Below are positions 40,726 through 53,556 of a DNA stretch of 64,000 bases, in pieces; positions within the stretch are counted from its first letter, which is position 1; every line of letters starts with the position of its first letter. The notes beneath the pieces were generated by a model that saw only the letters and a list, made by a program, of their open reading frames with translations, searched no databases and was not told the origin of the DNA. The translations under genes were made by a program, and so were the position numbers. This DNA comes from the human T2T-CHM13v2.0 reference genome, Homo sapiens. The stretch lies in NCBI RefSeq assembly GCF_009914755.1, contig NC_060934.1; one strand, written 5' to 3'.

Positions 40726-42939
40726 TGTCATTGTTTTTCTCATTGGCTTAATCTCCATGGAGGATCTTGGGAGCTGCCTACCATTGAACCTGGCCCATGT
40801 TTGGCCCAGGGCCCCCGAGAAAGGTCAAGGCTGTGCAGGGAGCAGAGAGCTGGCCTCCTGACTCAGAGCCTTGGCAGGCTGGGGCTTCATGACACCCCTA
40901 GCAGGAGGCAGCCTGGGGCTGAGATGGGGGCTTAAAAGCAGGAGATCCTGGGCTTGGCCCTCCCAGCAAAGGGATGTGTGTGTGTATCTGTAGCTGGATG
41001 AGACACTCTTTCTAGGAAAAAAAAGGGCAAACAGGTCCACCCAAAATGGCTAAAGGCAGCCCCATCTGGGGTGGGCAGTTTCCATGGCTGAGAAGACCAC
41101 AGAGCCACTGGGGCTGCCTTGGCCTCCACCTCGGGCGCAGGAGCCAGCTGAGCCCCCATTACACTTTGCTCTGCCCACCCCTGTCCTGGCAGCTCCTCTT
41201 CTGGCGAACCAGGGCCCAGGACAAGCAGCCCAGAGAGGCCGGAGCCCTGAGCCGGTACAGCAGGCTCCGGTGGGGGAAGTGGGCAGAAGAGTGATGGAGC
41301 CGGATGATCAGGGAAGAGCTTCCAATTCTCAGCTCCAGGCTGTCCCCTCTTGTCCCAGTTCACCGGGTCTCTTAGGCTCCAAGCCTGGGCTGAGTGGAAA
41401 TAGGCAGAATTGAAGGGTCCTGGGGCTTCTGCCCAGGCTCAAGGCCACCCAAATGTTCTGGAAGTCCTGTGGGAGGGGCACCTCCGTGGATCTGCTGCCT
41501 CCTGTCAGGCCTCAGCTTTGTCAAGACCTCAGTGAGGGGTGAGCTGAGTGGCTGGGCCTGGCTGTCGCCCTGTCCCTCACTTGGCCCAGCCCGGGCCCCC
41601 TTCCCAGCCACTCACTGCAGTATGTTCCCAGCCGGAGCCTGGTTCTGCAGCTCCCAGGCAGGTATGAGCATCCACTCCTTCACCAGGAGGGCAGGACAGG
41701 CAAGAGGGACTTCCTGGGCCATTTCAGCAACTGTCGCTTTTTAGGAGACACACTCCTAGACAGAGGCACTCATACTCCCCACCCATGCAGAGAAGCACAC
41801 GCCCCTTAGCTGCCACACACCCAAGGCCACTCGGACACACGTGCCTCCCCTTGCATGCACACGTCCTGCTGATACCACCTAACCTAACTGTGTCTGAAGC
41901 TCTCGGCTCACTCCTGGGTTTGTCTGAAGGCCAGAGCAGGCTGACGTTAGCCTTCCGGAGTGACTGTGAGAAGCAGGGCCAGGGGACATCACACAGAGGC
42001 CACCAGAAGGTCAGCAGGTTCTTACACATCATCTGGGCCAGTGGCTCCCACACCTTGAGGCATGCCTTAGGGGCCTTTGTGAAAAATTATCATGTCCCAC
42101 CCCAGACTTGGTAAATCAGAATCTCTGTGATGATGGCAACTGAGGTGGGGGACTGAGATCTAGCAGACTCTCTAGCGGTTCTGACGCTGGATAGACTTTG
42201 TAACCTGATCTAGTCCAACCCCCTTACTGTTCCAATTCAGTAACTGAGGCTGAGAGAGGGAGAGTGGCCTGTCCAAGGTCACACAGCAGTTGCCTAGGCC
42301 AGCCAGGACTAGGACCCAGGACTCCTCACTGCCCAACCCCAGGCTTCAGGTCTGCAGAGATCCCCATGTCCTTCCCTGTCCCCACCAGCCTTGAGTGTCC
42401 CCCTGGCCTGCCTCCCAGTAAGGTCAGCTGGCTTTCATGTTCTGCAGTGCCCAGCAGGACCAGGGCCAGGGCTAGCCTGCAGCCAGCAGTCCTCTGGAAC
42501 AGAGGCTGGGTGACTGTCTTCAGCTCCCTTCCCACGCAGAGGGCCCCTGCTCGGGAGGCCTGCTTTAGGGAAGGTGAAGGCTGGGCTCCCTGCAGTCACA
42601 GATGTTTGCCCCAACATGCTGAGCGCCCCCACCCTACTCCTGGGGGAGGCCGGAAAGGCAAGTCCTCACGCTGCCCAAACATCTGGACTGTGCAGAGAGA
42701 GCCAAGATGCGCTATGCAGATGTTTTCAAAGCTGATGCCGGGTGTCAGCAGAGAATAGACATCTGGGTGGATGGCCGGGGCTCATGCTAAAGGGCAGGGT
42801 AGATTGCGGCCAGTGATTCAGGGCGGTGTTGGCACAAAGCTGGGGGTGGGAGTGTGGCCTGGGGACTTCACTCCCCCAGCTGGTTGGCCTCCTTAAGTGG
42901 GAGTCAGATCCCCAGGGCGGCAGCCAGGTAACGTTCACA

Positions 42940-43135
42940 CGATAGCTACCACTTGTTGAGCACTCACCACATGCCAGGTGCTGTTCTGCATTTTGCATGT
43001 ATTATCTCATTTAACCCTGACAACAACCCTGTGGGGCAGGTACCATTACCGTCCCCCTTCTCCAGGCCACTGAAGCACAGGGAGGTGATGTCATGGCCCA
43101 GTCTCACCCAGCAAGCCGGTGGCAGTGCCAGGCTC
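42940..43135 (-). mobile_element. MIR
   Basis: ttgagcactcaccacatgccagg...attatctcatttaaccctgacaacaaccct. Confidence 0.85.
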
Positions 43136-45702
43136 ACACAGAAGCCCATGCAGGTCACCTCTGAACAGCCCTGCTCCATCCCATGAGTGACCCCCAGTGG
43201 TTTTTGGGACCAACCCCACCATGCCCTTCTTTCAAATATTACATTTGCATATGGGGGCATTTTGCATAGAGAAAATGGGTTTCTGGGCAGCGTCCCTTTT
43301 CCTGTGTTTGGAACTTGGGGAAAGGATCCACTAGGAAGGCAAGCCAGGCCCTCCTCCCGGGCCGGTGGGCAGCTGCTGCCAAGTCTCCCAGGGCTTCTGA
43401 GACCAGAGGCTGCTTCCTGAAGGAAAAGTGAGCTCCCTGTGGCTGAGGCCAGCTGTGGCCAGCAGGGCTATTTATTTTTCTGTTCCTAAGCCTTTAAGTC
43501 ATCTGTTTACATAGGCAGTAGAAGGAGTTGGGCTTGGTGTCCCTGCCTGGTGCCCTCCCTCCCTCCCTCCATCCTGGGCCTTGCAGGCTGAGCCAGGGAC
43601 CCCCAGAGCCAGTGGTGGTAGTGATGGTGGAGGGGGTGTGGTGGGGAAGCTCTGGGGCCTGGAACTACAGGGCCACTGGGAGACTCTGCACTCAGGGCTC
43701 TGGCTGTGATGATGACCAGGCCTAGCCACTGCCTCCCCTGCTTCCCACCCTTTCTCCCCAGATCCTGTGGAAGTCCTCAGAGCCTGGAGCCTCACTTTCC
43801 GTGCCCCCTCACCCATAGCAGGTATCCAGGCTCTGAGCTCTCCCCTTCCTTCAGCCCAGCTGGCTCTCCAGAGCAGCCAGACATCAGCCACCCAGCCCGT
43901 GAGAACACTCACCAGCCAGCCCCCACCCTGCCAGGAATGGGAGTGGGGAACCTTCCCCAGCTCTGAGCCCCCAGAGGAGCAGGCCCTGGCCCGCCCCCTC
44001 CACAGGCATGTTTTGAGGCCTAGAGCAGCCATGCTCTGGGGCAGGGCCGCAGACACAGGGGAAGAAGACGAGGTTTCCTTCCTGAGAGGAGCAGGGGAGA
44101 GGGACGCACACGCGTAACCCCAGGACCCCTCACACAGGTGTCTTGATAGAAATGCCTGGAGGCCCTGAGGGAGGTGGTTTCTCTGAGCGGGTGACATTGA
44201 GTGACTCTACAAGGGTGGGTGACTTCTCCGTTGGAGAAAGGGAGCTTCAGTGCATGCAGGAAGAAGGAGGCTCCCAAACCCATGGTGCAGCTGAGGGAGA
44301 GACGGCAGAGCACGCAGGAGGCCACCCAGGTGTGTGGCCAGAGAGGTGGGTGGGGCCAGCGCACCTGGGGCCTGAATGTCCCCAGACAGAGGCCATCAGG
44401 AACCGCGGAGCGCTTGGGACAAGGGAGTGACAGCATTGCAATGCTAGTTAAGAAGGAAATCCACAGGAGTGAGGGGAGGGGCAGGGAAGTCCCCCAGGAG
44501 GACTGAGAGTGAGACAAGGTGAGACAGGCCGGGGCGGACAGGAGAGCAGACTGCAGAGATGTTCTCTCCCTCCAGAGGGGACTTAGGGAAGGGATGTGGA
44601 TGGAGAGAGAACCAGGGCCCTCCTCTCTCTGGACCCCACCTGTGCCCGTCTGCTCATTCAGGCCATGGGCATGGTTCTGCCACTTGAGGCATCAGAGTCC
44701 AAGCCTGGCTCAGCTGCGCGGCGATGACCTTCTCATTCTGGTCAGCAACTATCAACTAAACACCTGCTCTGTGCCAGGCCTGGGGTTGGCAGGGAGAGGG
44801 CGGCAGAGGGGAGGGATAGAGGGCCTGTTGGGGCGGGGGGGAATAAGGAGCTGAGTGAAATCGTGTCCCCACCCACAGAAAGGCAGGACTAGGGCAGCCA
44901 GCCTTGGCCTGAGGCAGCCGTGCCAGGGTGACTGGGGACAGAGGAAGTCGGGGTCTGGCCCTGAGCAATGTGCTGGATTTACAAGTAGAGACAAGGTGGT
45001 GGCATTGCAGGGAGGAACAGGCTGAACAAAGGCCCAGAGGTAGAGTTCACAGTGTGACAGGCACAGACAGATGCCACAGCCCCGCTCCTTCCCGATGCCG
45101 GCCCTGGGCCTCAAGGTCATCTTCTGGCCTGGGGTGGTGGTCATGGAGGATCCAGGATATCTAGATTCAAGTGCTCTCCCTGCCGTCTGGGCTGCCTCCT
45201 TCCCATGGACCCAGGACCTGCCCTCCCAGACTGTCTTCCTTCTTGCTCTTGTTTGTCCCATCCTCCTCATCCCTCCCATCTCACGTTGGGGCTGGGAGCT
45301 CATTCCAGGCTTTGCCTCTCCACAATACTTTTTCCCTCGGGGACACCTGAGGGATGAGCAGGACTTAGCTAGGAGAAGAAGAACAGAGCATTTTGGCAGG
45401 AGGAACAGCATGGTCAAAGCCCCGAGGTGGGCAAGAGCTTGGTGAGTTGGAGGAACTGAAAGGCAGTGTGGCTGGGGTGTAGTTGGAGACAGAGACAGAT
45501 CTCCAGGCTCTGCCATGATTCATTTCCAGAGCATTCAGCCTCTCCACCAGGAAAATGTCAAGAAAAAGCAGCTCTGTTTCCAGAGAGGGAAACTGAGGCA
45601 CAGAATGTGGTTGAGGGAAGGTGTCTCCCCTCATGCCTGGGGCTCATCTCTCCTTCTGGGCACTGTGTTTTCTGGAGAAGAGGACTCTCAACTGAGGCCC
45701 AG

Positions 45703-45839
45703 AGAGAATCTAATGCCTGATGATCTGAGGTAGAACAGTTTCATCCGGAAACCATCACCCCCCAACCCCCCACCCCGTCTATGGAAAAATTGTCTTACAT
45801 GAAACTGATCCCTGGTGCCAAAAGGTTGGGGACCACTGC
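45703..45839. mobile_element. MER1B partial (hAT-Charlie)
   Basis: gagaatctaatgcctgatgatctgagg...ccctggtgccaaaaggttggggaccactg. Confidence 0.85.
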
Positions 45840-46519
45840 TCTAGAGCACACTGGGTAGCAGGGGTGTGACCTTTTCTGGAAGGAAAGATCCAGGATCCCC
45901 TGGGTGCCCTGCCCTGGGGACTGTGGTCTGGCTTCCAGGGATATCAGCTGTCCTTTTAAGGGACCAGGTCACCAGTCAGGCCTATTGGCCTTCTCAGGAA
46001 GGCTGAGGGCTGTGGAACATTCCCGCTCTGTGAGGTCCTGCAGGGCAGCTCATTGCAGAGGACACGGAGCAGCCCCCAGCTTGCTGGCCAATCCCCCTCT
46101 TCCTAGAACCCCCTGAGAAGCAGAGAGGGAGGACAGCCCTTGGGACGCCCAGGAGCAGGAGAGAGAGCTACAGGGAGGGGCCAACAGCAAACTTTGAACC
46201 CCACCCTCTGTTGGGAACTGCCCAGTAGGGACTCCAGACATTTGGCTTCCAGGGCTAGATTTAGTTCTGACTCACTGGCTGACTTTAGACAGCTCACATA
46301 ATCTCTCTGTGCCCGGGTTTCTTCTCAGGAAAATTGCAAGAAAAAGTCATGTTTTTCTCTTCCTTCATCTTCCCAGTCAAAGGGAAGGTGAAATAAATGA
46401 TGGGCGTTCCTGTTGTCTCTTTGTTATTATGCAAACAATTGGGTGCTACAAAGGGTGCAGGACAGACAGATAAATCCAAAGCTCTCGGATCTGCCTTTGA
46501 GACCAAATACAAACACGAC

Positions 46520-46790
46520 TGCATGAGTGCATGCAGCATGCACACTCACACACACACACACACAGAGGCAGGCACCAACACATGCACACACACTCACACA
46601 CAGAAGCATGCACCAACATACACACACATATGTACACACAGAGGCGTGTGTGAACATGCACACACACACAGAGGCATGCACCAATACACGCAAGCACACA
46701 CAGAGGCATACACCAACGCATGCACACACACGCAGGCATGCATGAACATGTACACACACACAGGCATGCACGAACACACGCACACACACA
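46520..46790 (+). repeat. Degenerate (CA)n/(CACATG)n low-complexity tract
   Basis: Directly visible; source of the His/Thr- and Cys/Val-rich pseudo-ORFs. Confidence 0.95.
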
Positions 46791-48049
46791 GTCTGCTTTT
46801 CCTTCCACTCCAATTTTGCCAATTCAGTTAGACTTTGATACTGAGACCCAAGAAGAGGCTCCAGGTTAGGAGTTCCTGGTGCTAAGTCACAGAACTGGGT
46901 ACATCTGTGCAGAGGCAGTGTATGACTGTTGCATCAGCCATGAAGGTGGCTGAGTTTGTGGTTGTAATGGAGATAAAAGTTGTGGCTTTGCGGTTCCGGT
47001 AATCATCTCAATTTCACTTTTTTTAGACACTACTAATATCTTCTTCCAACCCACTCCTCCTAACCAGAGAAGCCCATCCATAAGTTTAGAGCCAAGGTCA
47101 AGGAGGCCTGGAGAGGTGAATTCACTTGTCCGTGGTTCCACAGTTGGTTTTAGGGAGGGGACAACGCATCGAGGGCCCTTCCCCTACTTGGCTGCCCCGT
47201 GACACACACACACCTCTGTTGAGAAGCCCTGGAGGTGGCTCATTATGACCCAGGCTGTGTCTGAGACCAAGCTAGGAACAGAAAAGAGGCCAAGACCAGG
47301 AGCAGGAAGTGGCTGGAAGCAGAGTGGGACTTGAGAGTGAGCAACTGGCCCCTAACTGGGTGACTATGAACTTGACAGTTCCTGGTGGGGGTGGGGGGCG
47401 AGCCAGCAGAGCAGCTGTGGCCTGAGAGCTGGCCTTAGCCCAGACCTGGCCCTGGGAGGCAGACTGGCATGCCCCGGGCTTCCTCTCCAGCAGCCAGCCC
47501 CTTCCACAGAGGGCACTCTTGACCGGACAGCTGATGACCAGGCCTTTGCAGGGAGAGAGAGCCCAGTGATTAGGCCATTCAACTGCCATCTCATCTCCCT
47601 CTGCAGACAATCCACAGTGGCCTGTGGTCCCACACCTGTTCCCTGGAATGCCTGCAGGGGCCTGGGCAGGGCCTTCTCCCTTCCTCAGCCTCTCCTAAGG
47701 TAGGAAGAGTCCCCTCCACTAAGCACCGTCATTCTCTTCCTGTCTCCCCACCACATTGCCCCTTGATTTGAAGTAGATATTGGGAATGGAGGCACTGTTC
47801 CTGATGCAGACGAGGGCCTGAGGAAATACTTGCTGCCTAAAATACCTAAATTCATTCGTGCACTTCTATTGCTTTCAAGGATCTGCAGTGGCAGGACTTG
47901 ATAACAGCAAAGCTGCCCATGGCTGTCCCTGGGACTCCCCTTTAAAACAATGATCTGTCACTCTGGAGACAAACACAGGTAAGTGGCTGGGTGATGAGAA
48001 GTGGTTGGCCAGTCTGTCTCCATAATATTAACAATGTCATCACAACAAT

Positions 48050-48275
48050 AACTCATTCATACACCACTTACCCTTTGCAAAACACTCTTCTTAGCACCTC
48101 TCACATATTAATACATTTAATCCTCGTAACCCTATAAGGTAGGTATTATCATATTAATTCCCATTTGATGGATGAGGAAAACAAGGCACAGAGATGTTAC
48201 GAGCTTTGCCTGAGGTCACACAGCCAGGGGTTTGGATACCAGGAGGCTGGCTCCATAGCCCTTGCTTTTAAGCAC
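48050..48275 (-). mobile_element. MIR
   Basis: cccatttgatggatgaggaaaacaaggcacagagatgttac...aggtcacacagc. Confidence 0.85.
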
Positions 48276-48384
48276 TTATGCAGACCGTCTCTGGACTCAG
48301 ATGGTTCAACAGCTGCATTGTGATCCTGTTGAATCCTTATTTGGCTTCACATACTCTTCCTGGATGGTACAAAAGCCCATGCCA

Positions 48385-48713
48385 AGCTGGGCACCGTGGG
48401 TCACACCTGTAATCCCAGCACTTTGGGAGGCCAAGGAGGGAGGATCACTTGAGCCCAGTCCAGGAGTTCAAGACCAGCCTAGCTAACATAGCGAGACCCT
48501 GTCTTCTACAAAAAAATATAAAAACTTAGTTGGGCATGGTGCTGTGTGCCCATATTCCTAGCTACTAGGGAGGCAGAGGCAGGAAGATTGCTAGAGGCAG
48601 GAAGATTGCACCTAGGAGTTCCAGGCTGCAGTCAACTATGATAGTGCCACTGCCCTCCAGCTGGGTGACAGAGCAAGGCCCTGTCTTAAACATAAAAAAA
48701 AAAAATTTTTTTT
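48385..48713 (+). mobile_element. AluJ with an 18-bp internal tandem duplication
   Basis: TSD aaagcccatgcca; agaggcaggaagattgc x2. Confidence 0.93.
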
Positions 48714-51700
48714 AAAGCCCATGCCAGCATCAATTCACATCAGAGCTCTTTTGTAAAGGATCTACACAGTGGCTCCTTTTAGGCTTTTGCTGTCTTCCCC
48801 TGCTGCGCCCCTGCTCCCCAGCCCTCCCTCTCCCAGGCCCCAGCCCTGCATCCCCCACTGGAGCCATGGCACCCACAGCCAGCCTAGCTCTGTGGGGCTC
48901 ACAATTATGCCCTCCCTGTGGAAAGCCACCCGCTGATTCCTCCCCCTACTCTGAGTCTTCCCCCTGCTCTGCATCCTCCCCAAACAGCTGAGCCTGTGCG
49001 ATGTGAGAAGGGAAAGGACTTGCCAGAGGTTTCCAGAAAGCCTCCAGAGGTCACTCTGGCCTGGCTCAAGTAGGTTGGGCCCTGACCACCGCTTTGAATA
49101 GCTACTGTCCTGCCCTGGGTCCACTCCCTCAGCACAGAGCAGGCTAATTGGTGGGTGGGAAGCAGTGGAGGCCTGGAGGCTGGTCTGTCCCGAAGGAGGC
49201 AACGGAGGAGCCAGGCATTTGACACAGCAGCTGCCAGGTATCCAGTGCCAAAGAGAAGATGGAGTGGAGCATGGAGACTCTCTGGCCCGACCCTGCCACT
49301 CAACAGCTGGTCACCAGCCACACCCCCAACCTGCCAGCCTCCCATCCCTCCCATCCCACCACCAACTCACCCAGCCAATACCCAGCCTACCCAGCACTCA
49401 GCGTGCTCCCCAACCCCCAGCCTGACCCAGTACACTTACCCCACTCCACTACAACCTCCTGGCCTACCCCACATAAACACCCTTCCTGGCGATCTCTAGT
49501 CTGCACCCACACCCCAGTCAGCAGGCCTACTCCTATCTAGCCCCCAGCCTACCCACCCACTCGCTGGTGAGCCCACTCGGTACCCAGGGACCTCCCCACC
49601 ATGAATTCAGCCCCTAACTGCCCCGGGTCCCTGACTACTCACCTGCGACATCAGCCAAGTGCCAGCCCGCCCACCCTGTGCCCAGCCTGCCCACATCCCC
49701 ACTTCATAAACCAGAGCTGCTTTTTCCAGATCCGACTCCATCCAAGCTCCAAGAAAGGCAGGCTTGCCAGCTCTTCCAGGACTATCCAAGAATTATTTTA
49801 GAGGCTTCAGACTTGGATGGAGATATTTTATCCTCGGGTCAGGGGAGAGCAGAGCAGACGGGGTGGGGGCACTTGAGAGAGTGTGCCTCTGTGCCCCTGG
49901 TGGCTCCAGACCTGCCCCTCTGGGAGAAGACGAGGTAGCTTCCTGTACCTCCTAACCCCTTCTACCGCAAAACTGTTGGAAAGACAGTAAGTTTCCAAAA
50001 CTAGGAGCCAGGCTGAAGGGGTCCCCAGCAGATGAAGTTCCAGAGGCCCTAGCGAGATAGGCAGCACTTCCAGCACTGAACATGCCAGAGAAAGGAAGGC
50101 AGAAGGGAGCGATAGAAGGGTGCAGGGCAAGATCAGGAGGCCTGGAGGCCTCTCCTGGGCCCCGCTCATGGGTGAGCCTGGGCCCTGGGCTGTGAAAGTC
50201 CAGGTTTCTGGGTTTAGACACTCACTGTGTGGTTTTGGGCAAGTCATCAGTCCTCTCTGAGGCTCTTGAATACAAGAGTGTTGACTGAGAGGATCTCTAA
50301 CCTTCCCAGGCACAACCCTGCTGCTGGCCCTGGACTGGGGAGTCCTTGCCAGGAGCTTGGCCAGGCTTCTGGTCCTCTCTGCCTTGGGCATTCTGGTTAC
50401 AACCACGGGGTTCCTGCTTCACCCACTGACCAAGCCCTGCCTGTACCTGGTTCCTGCATGATCCTCTGTGGCTGAGCAGGAAGGGAGGCCTCCCCACGAA
50501 TTTCCAGAGATGAGGACGCAATCAGCAACATCACCACGGCCAGATTCTTTAGCCCAGGGAGGGCAAATAGGCTTTATTTCATGTGTCTGCACCCACTGAC
50601 TGCCAGTAGCTGCCTGGGGCACAGTTCTGAGAAGAATCCTAGGCTCAGTGAGAAAGTGCCAAGGTCATCTAGTGATGTCTGCATAGGCACCTGAATAGCG
50701 AAAGGGGCGTGAATGCCAGGAACTTGGGAGTCCTGAGGAAGGGCCAGGCTAGCCTCTGGGTTTCTTTCCTAGTGTTATCCCCAAGCCTACAGTTCAGTCT
50801 TATTTGAACGTGTCTTCTCTCAGTTGTGCTATAGGAAATTAAAGGAGAGCAGTGAGTGTACTCCTAGATCAGATGCCAGTTAGGAGATAGCGCGATCTTC
50901 CCAAAAAGATGCAAAGATACTGTGGAGTGTGGCCCTTTGTGGACCCTTTTTGTGTTTTTACACTTTAAAAAAATTATAGGGTGTTTTTTTTTTGGTGAAA
51001 ATGAAAGCTCCACGAGGGCAGTCTTGTTGTTTTCAACTGAATGAATTGCTTGCCATGGAGAAGGTTGTGTGTTACTCATCCTTCATTTGCTCCTCCCTTC
51101 CTGCCTCATTCACTCACTCCAAAATCATTCACCCATTCATTCATTCATTCACTCATTCGCTCTTTCATGCAGCAAACATTCACAGGGGCCCCATCTCACC
51201 CCCACTGCCAGGGGAGTCTCTGTTCACCCTTCTCAACGAGGCCAGGGAGGATCTCATGCTAGGAAAGTCTGGAGACATGATGAAAGGAGCCATCTCTGTA
51301 GGGCCAAGGCCCATCAGGGACTCACTGCATGGATGTGGACTTTTCGTTTCCTCACCTGCACGTGGCCAGTGGACAGCATGAGAAGGAAAAGGGAGGCAAT
51401 GCCAAAGCAAAGGGCAAGCAGGACACTTCCTGGCCTTGATAACATGAGTGCCGCTTCCCACCCAGAACCAAACTGGGGGCAGAGGAATCAGGCTGAGGCT
51501 TCAAGGAAACCTGGCCAGCATCCAGGGGCTGCAACTGAGCTGGTCCCAGCTCAAGTCTCCAGATGAAGAATGCATCCTGAGGACTTGGCCTGGCAGGACA
51601 CCTCTCGCATTGTTACAGTGGGGTCCATTTATGTGTGAGTGAGCACATGCAGGTGCCTATGAGGAATTTGTGTGTTTACATGTGTGTGCATGTGTGCGCT

Positions 51701-53433
51701 TGTCTGAATGCATATACACACTGCACAGTATTCCCCAGCAGCATGGGCAGGCGGGGTGTGGGGTTTCCGGCTGGCAGACCCTTCCTTAAAAGGAAGCGTC
51801 TGCCCTGCCCTTCCCACTCCTCCCCCACATCACAGTCTCCTCCTACAGCCTGCAGTCCACCTCCATTTTTGGAGGCCCCTTTAGTACAGTAGCAAGGACT
51901 GAAACTTCCTGGGTTTGAGTGACTGGCCATGTGGCCTCAAGCAAGTGAGTTTCCTCATAGGCAAAACGGGGGTCTTGGGTTATTCTGGGGACAAGGAAGC
52001 ACAGTGCATGTAAAGCACACCACTCAGCGCCTGCCCCGTTCTTCCTGCCCTGGCGATATGCTAAACAACAGGGTCTCCACTAGGCCAGATGGGGAGGGGA
52101 AGGGGAGGAGAAGAGACCCATTTCCCAAAAATATTGACTTCGACCTTGAACCCAAGCAGCTGGTCAGAGCTGGTGGCCTCTTTCTGGGATTGTTTATGTA
52201 GCTTTCCTTGTAAACACAAAGAATGGAAAACAAACCCTAAAATATTTAAAAATAAATAAATGAATAAGGAATCGTTTGTGGGTGGCATAGACAGGACCTA
52301 GGGCAGATGGGGGCAGCCATCGATGCATTACCCTGGGATTAAATGCTTGAGTACCCTGGAGCCCCAGCCCAAGACTCTTCCCCCACCTCCTCCCCTTCTG
52401 GTTACACATCCCTGTTGTTCCCACCTTCTGGGAGAGGCCTGAATCCTGCAGCACTGTCATCTGGCCACTTCTGTGAAGAGAGCAAAGGGCCTCTGCCGGG
52501 AATCAGCCCAGCTCTGTCCACCTCTGTGTGACCTTGGGCGAGTCACTTTCCCTCTGTGGGCCTCAGTTTCCAAGGATCTCTAAGGCCCCTTTAAGCAAGC
52601 ATTGACATCCTGTGATTCCCTTTGAGCTCAGAGTGTGGTTATGACAGCACTTTGACTAGAGTAAAGAATCCTATCAAGAGATGCTCATTAGCACGATATT
52701 GGGGGATGGAAATAGCTCTACCCTTGGCTGCTGGGAAGGATTCTTATTAGAAATCCTTGAACTTTCTGTTTTGGGATTGTTTGGGCCAGATCTGGGCCTG
52801 GATGCAACCTGAGATATTTGTTGGTGATCTGTGCAAGGAGAGGATCTGGCTCCTTCCTGCCTAGGGGCCAGTGGTGCCCCCAGAACTGTCTCTCCCCTAG
52901 CCATGCACCCACCTCCACCGCCACACGCACACCCAGGAGAATGACATTACCTTCTCTAGTCCTTCTGAATGCTGAGCTCAGGGGCTGGGGAGGCCACTCT
53001 GAGGTCTCTTGTCTCACTCTGGCCCAGAGCAGAGCCGACATGGAATCCCAGTACCCACCCCTGAAAGGGGATGGCATCATGACCCTCTCTCCCAGCCAGA
53101 TTCTTTCATAGCCTGGGCCACCTGCAACTTTGGTTTTCAAAGGCATGTTTCAAATGAATGATGGAGGCTTTGAGTCATTGCTCTGAGATGGAAGTACAGG
53201 GGTGGGGAGAGTATGGGCTTTGACAAGACAGCAGAGGGTGGGTAGTTAGGAGACCTGGATTCACCATGTGTCCTTGGATAGGTTGCACTCCTCACTTCTA
53301 GGTCTCAGCATTCTCACTGTTCTTTGTTCTTTTATATATAATGCATAGTTACTGAGCAACTACTTTGTACCAGGTGCCATGCCAGGCATCGTGGGTACAT
53401 TAGTGAACAAGACTCAACCTATGCCTTTGAGGA

Positions 53434-53556
53434 GGTACAGGGATAAGTACTCCATTGCACCTGTATTATCCCTCCCCACTCCTGCTGCCATTGCAGACAT
53501 CACTAATCAACCACAGCATGCTTTAACACTGAGCCCAGACATGACCTCAGGATCTC
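53434..53556 (+). repeat. Copy 1 of a ~123-bp direct doublet (within an ancient hAT-like fossil)
   Basis: About 85% identical to 55077-55198. Confidence 0.9.

Noticed and set aside
43499-45516. Longest ORFs (232 aa and 254 aa, minus strand) and overlapping + strand ORFs
   Set aside because: No recognisable domain, similar ORFs in all frames, overlap with L2/MIR remnants; expected by chance in GC-rich DNA.
46397-46831. His/Thr-rich and Cys/Val-rich ORFs
   Set aside because: Translations of a (CA)n-like tract.
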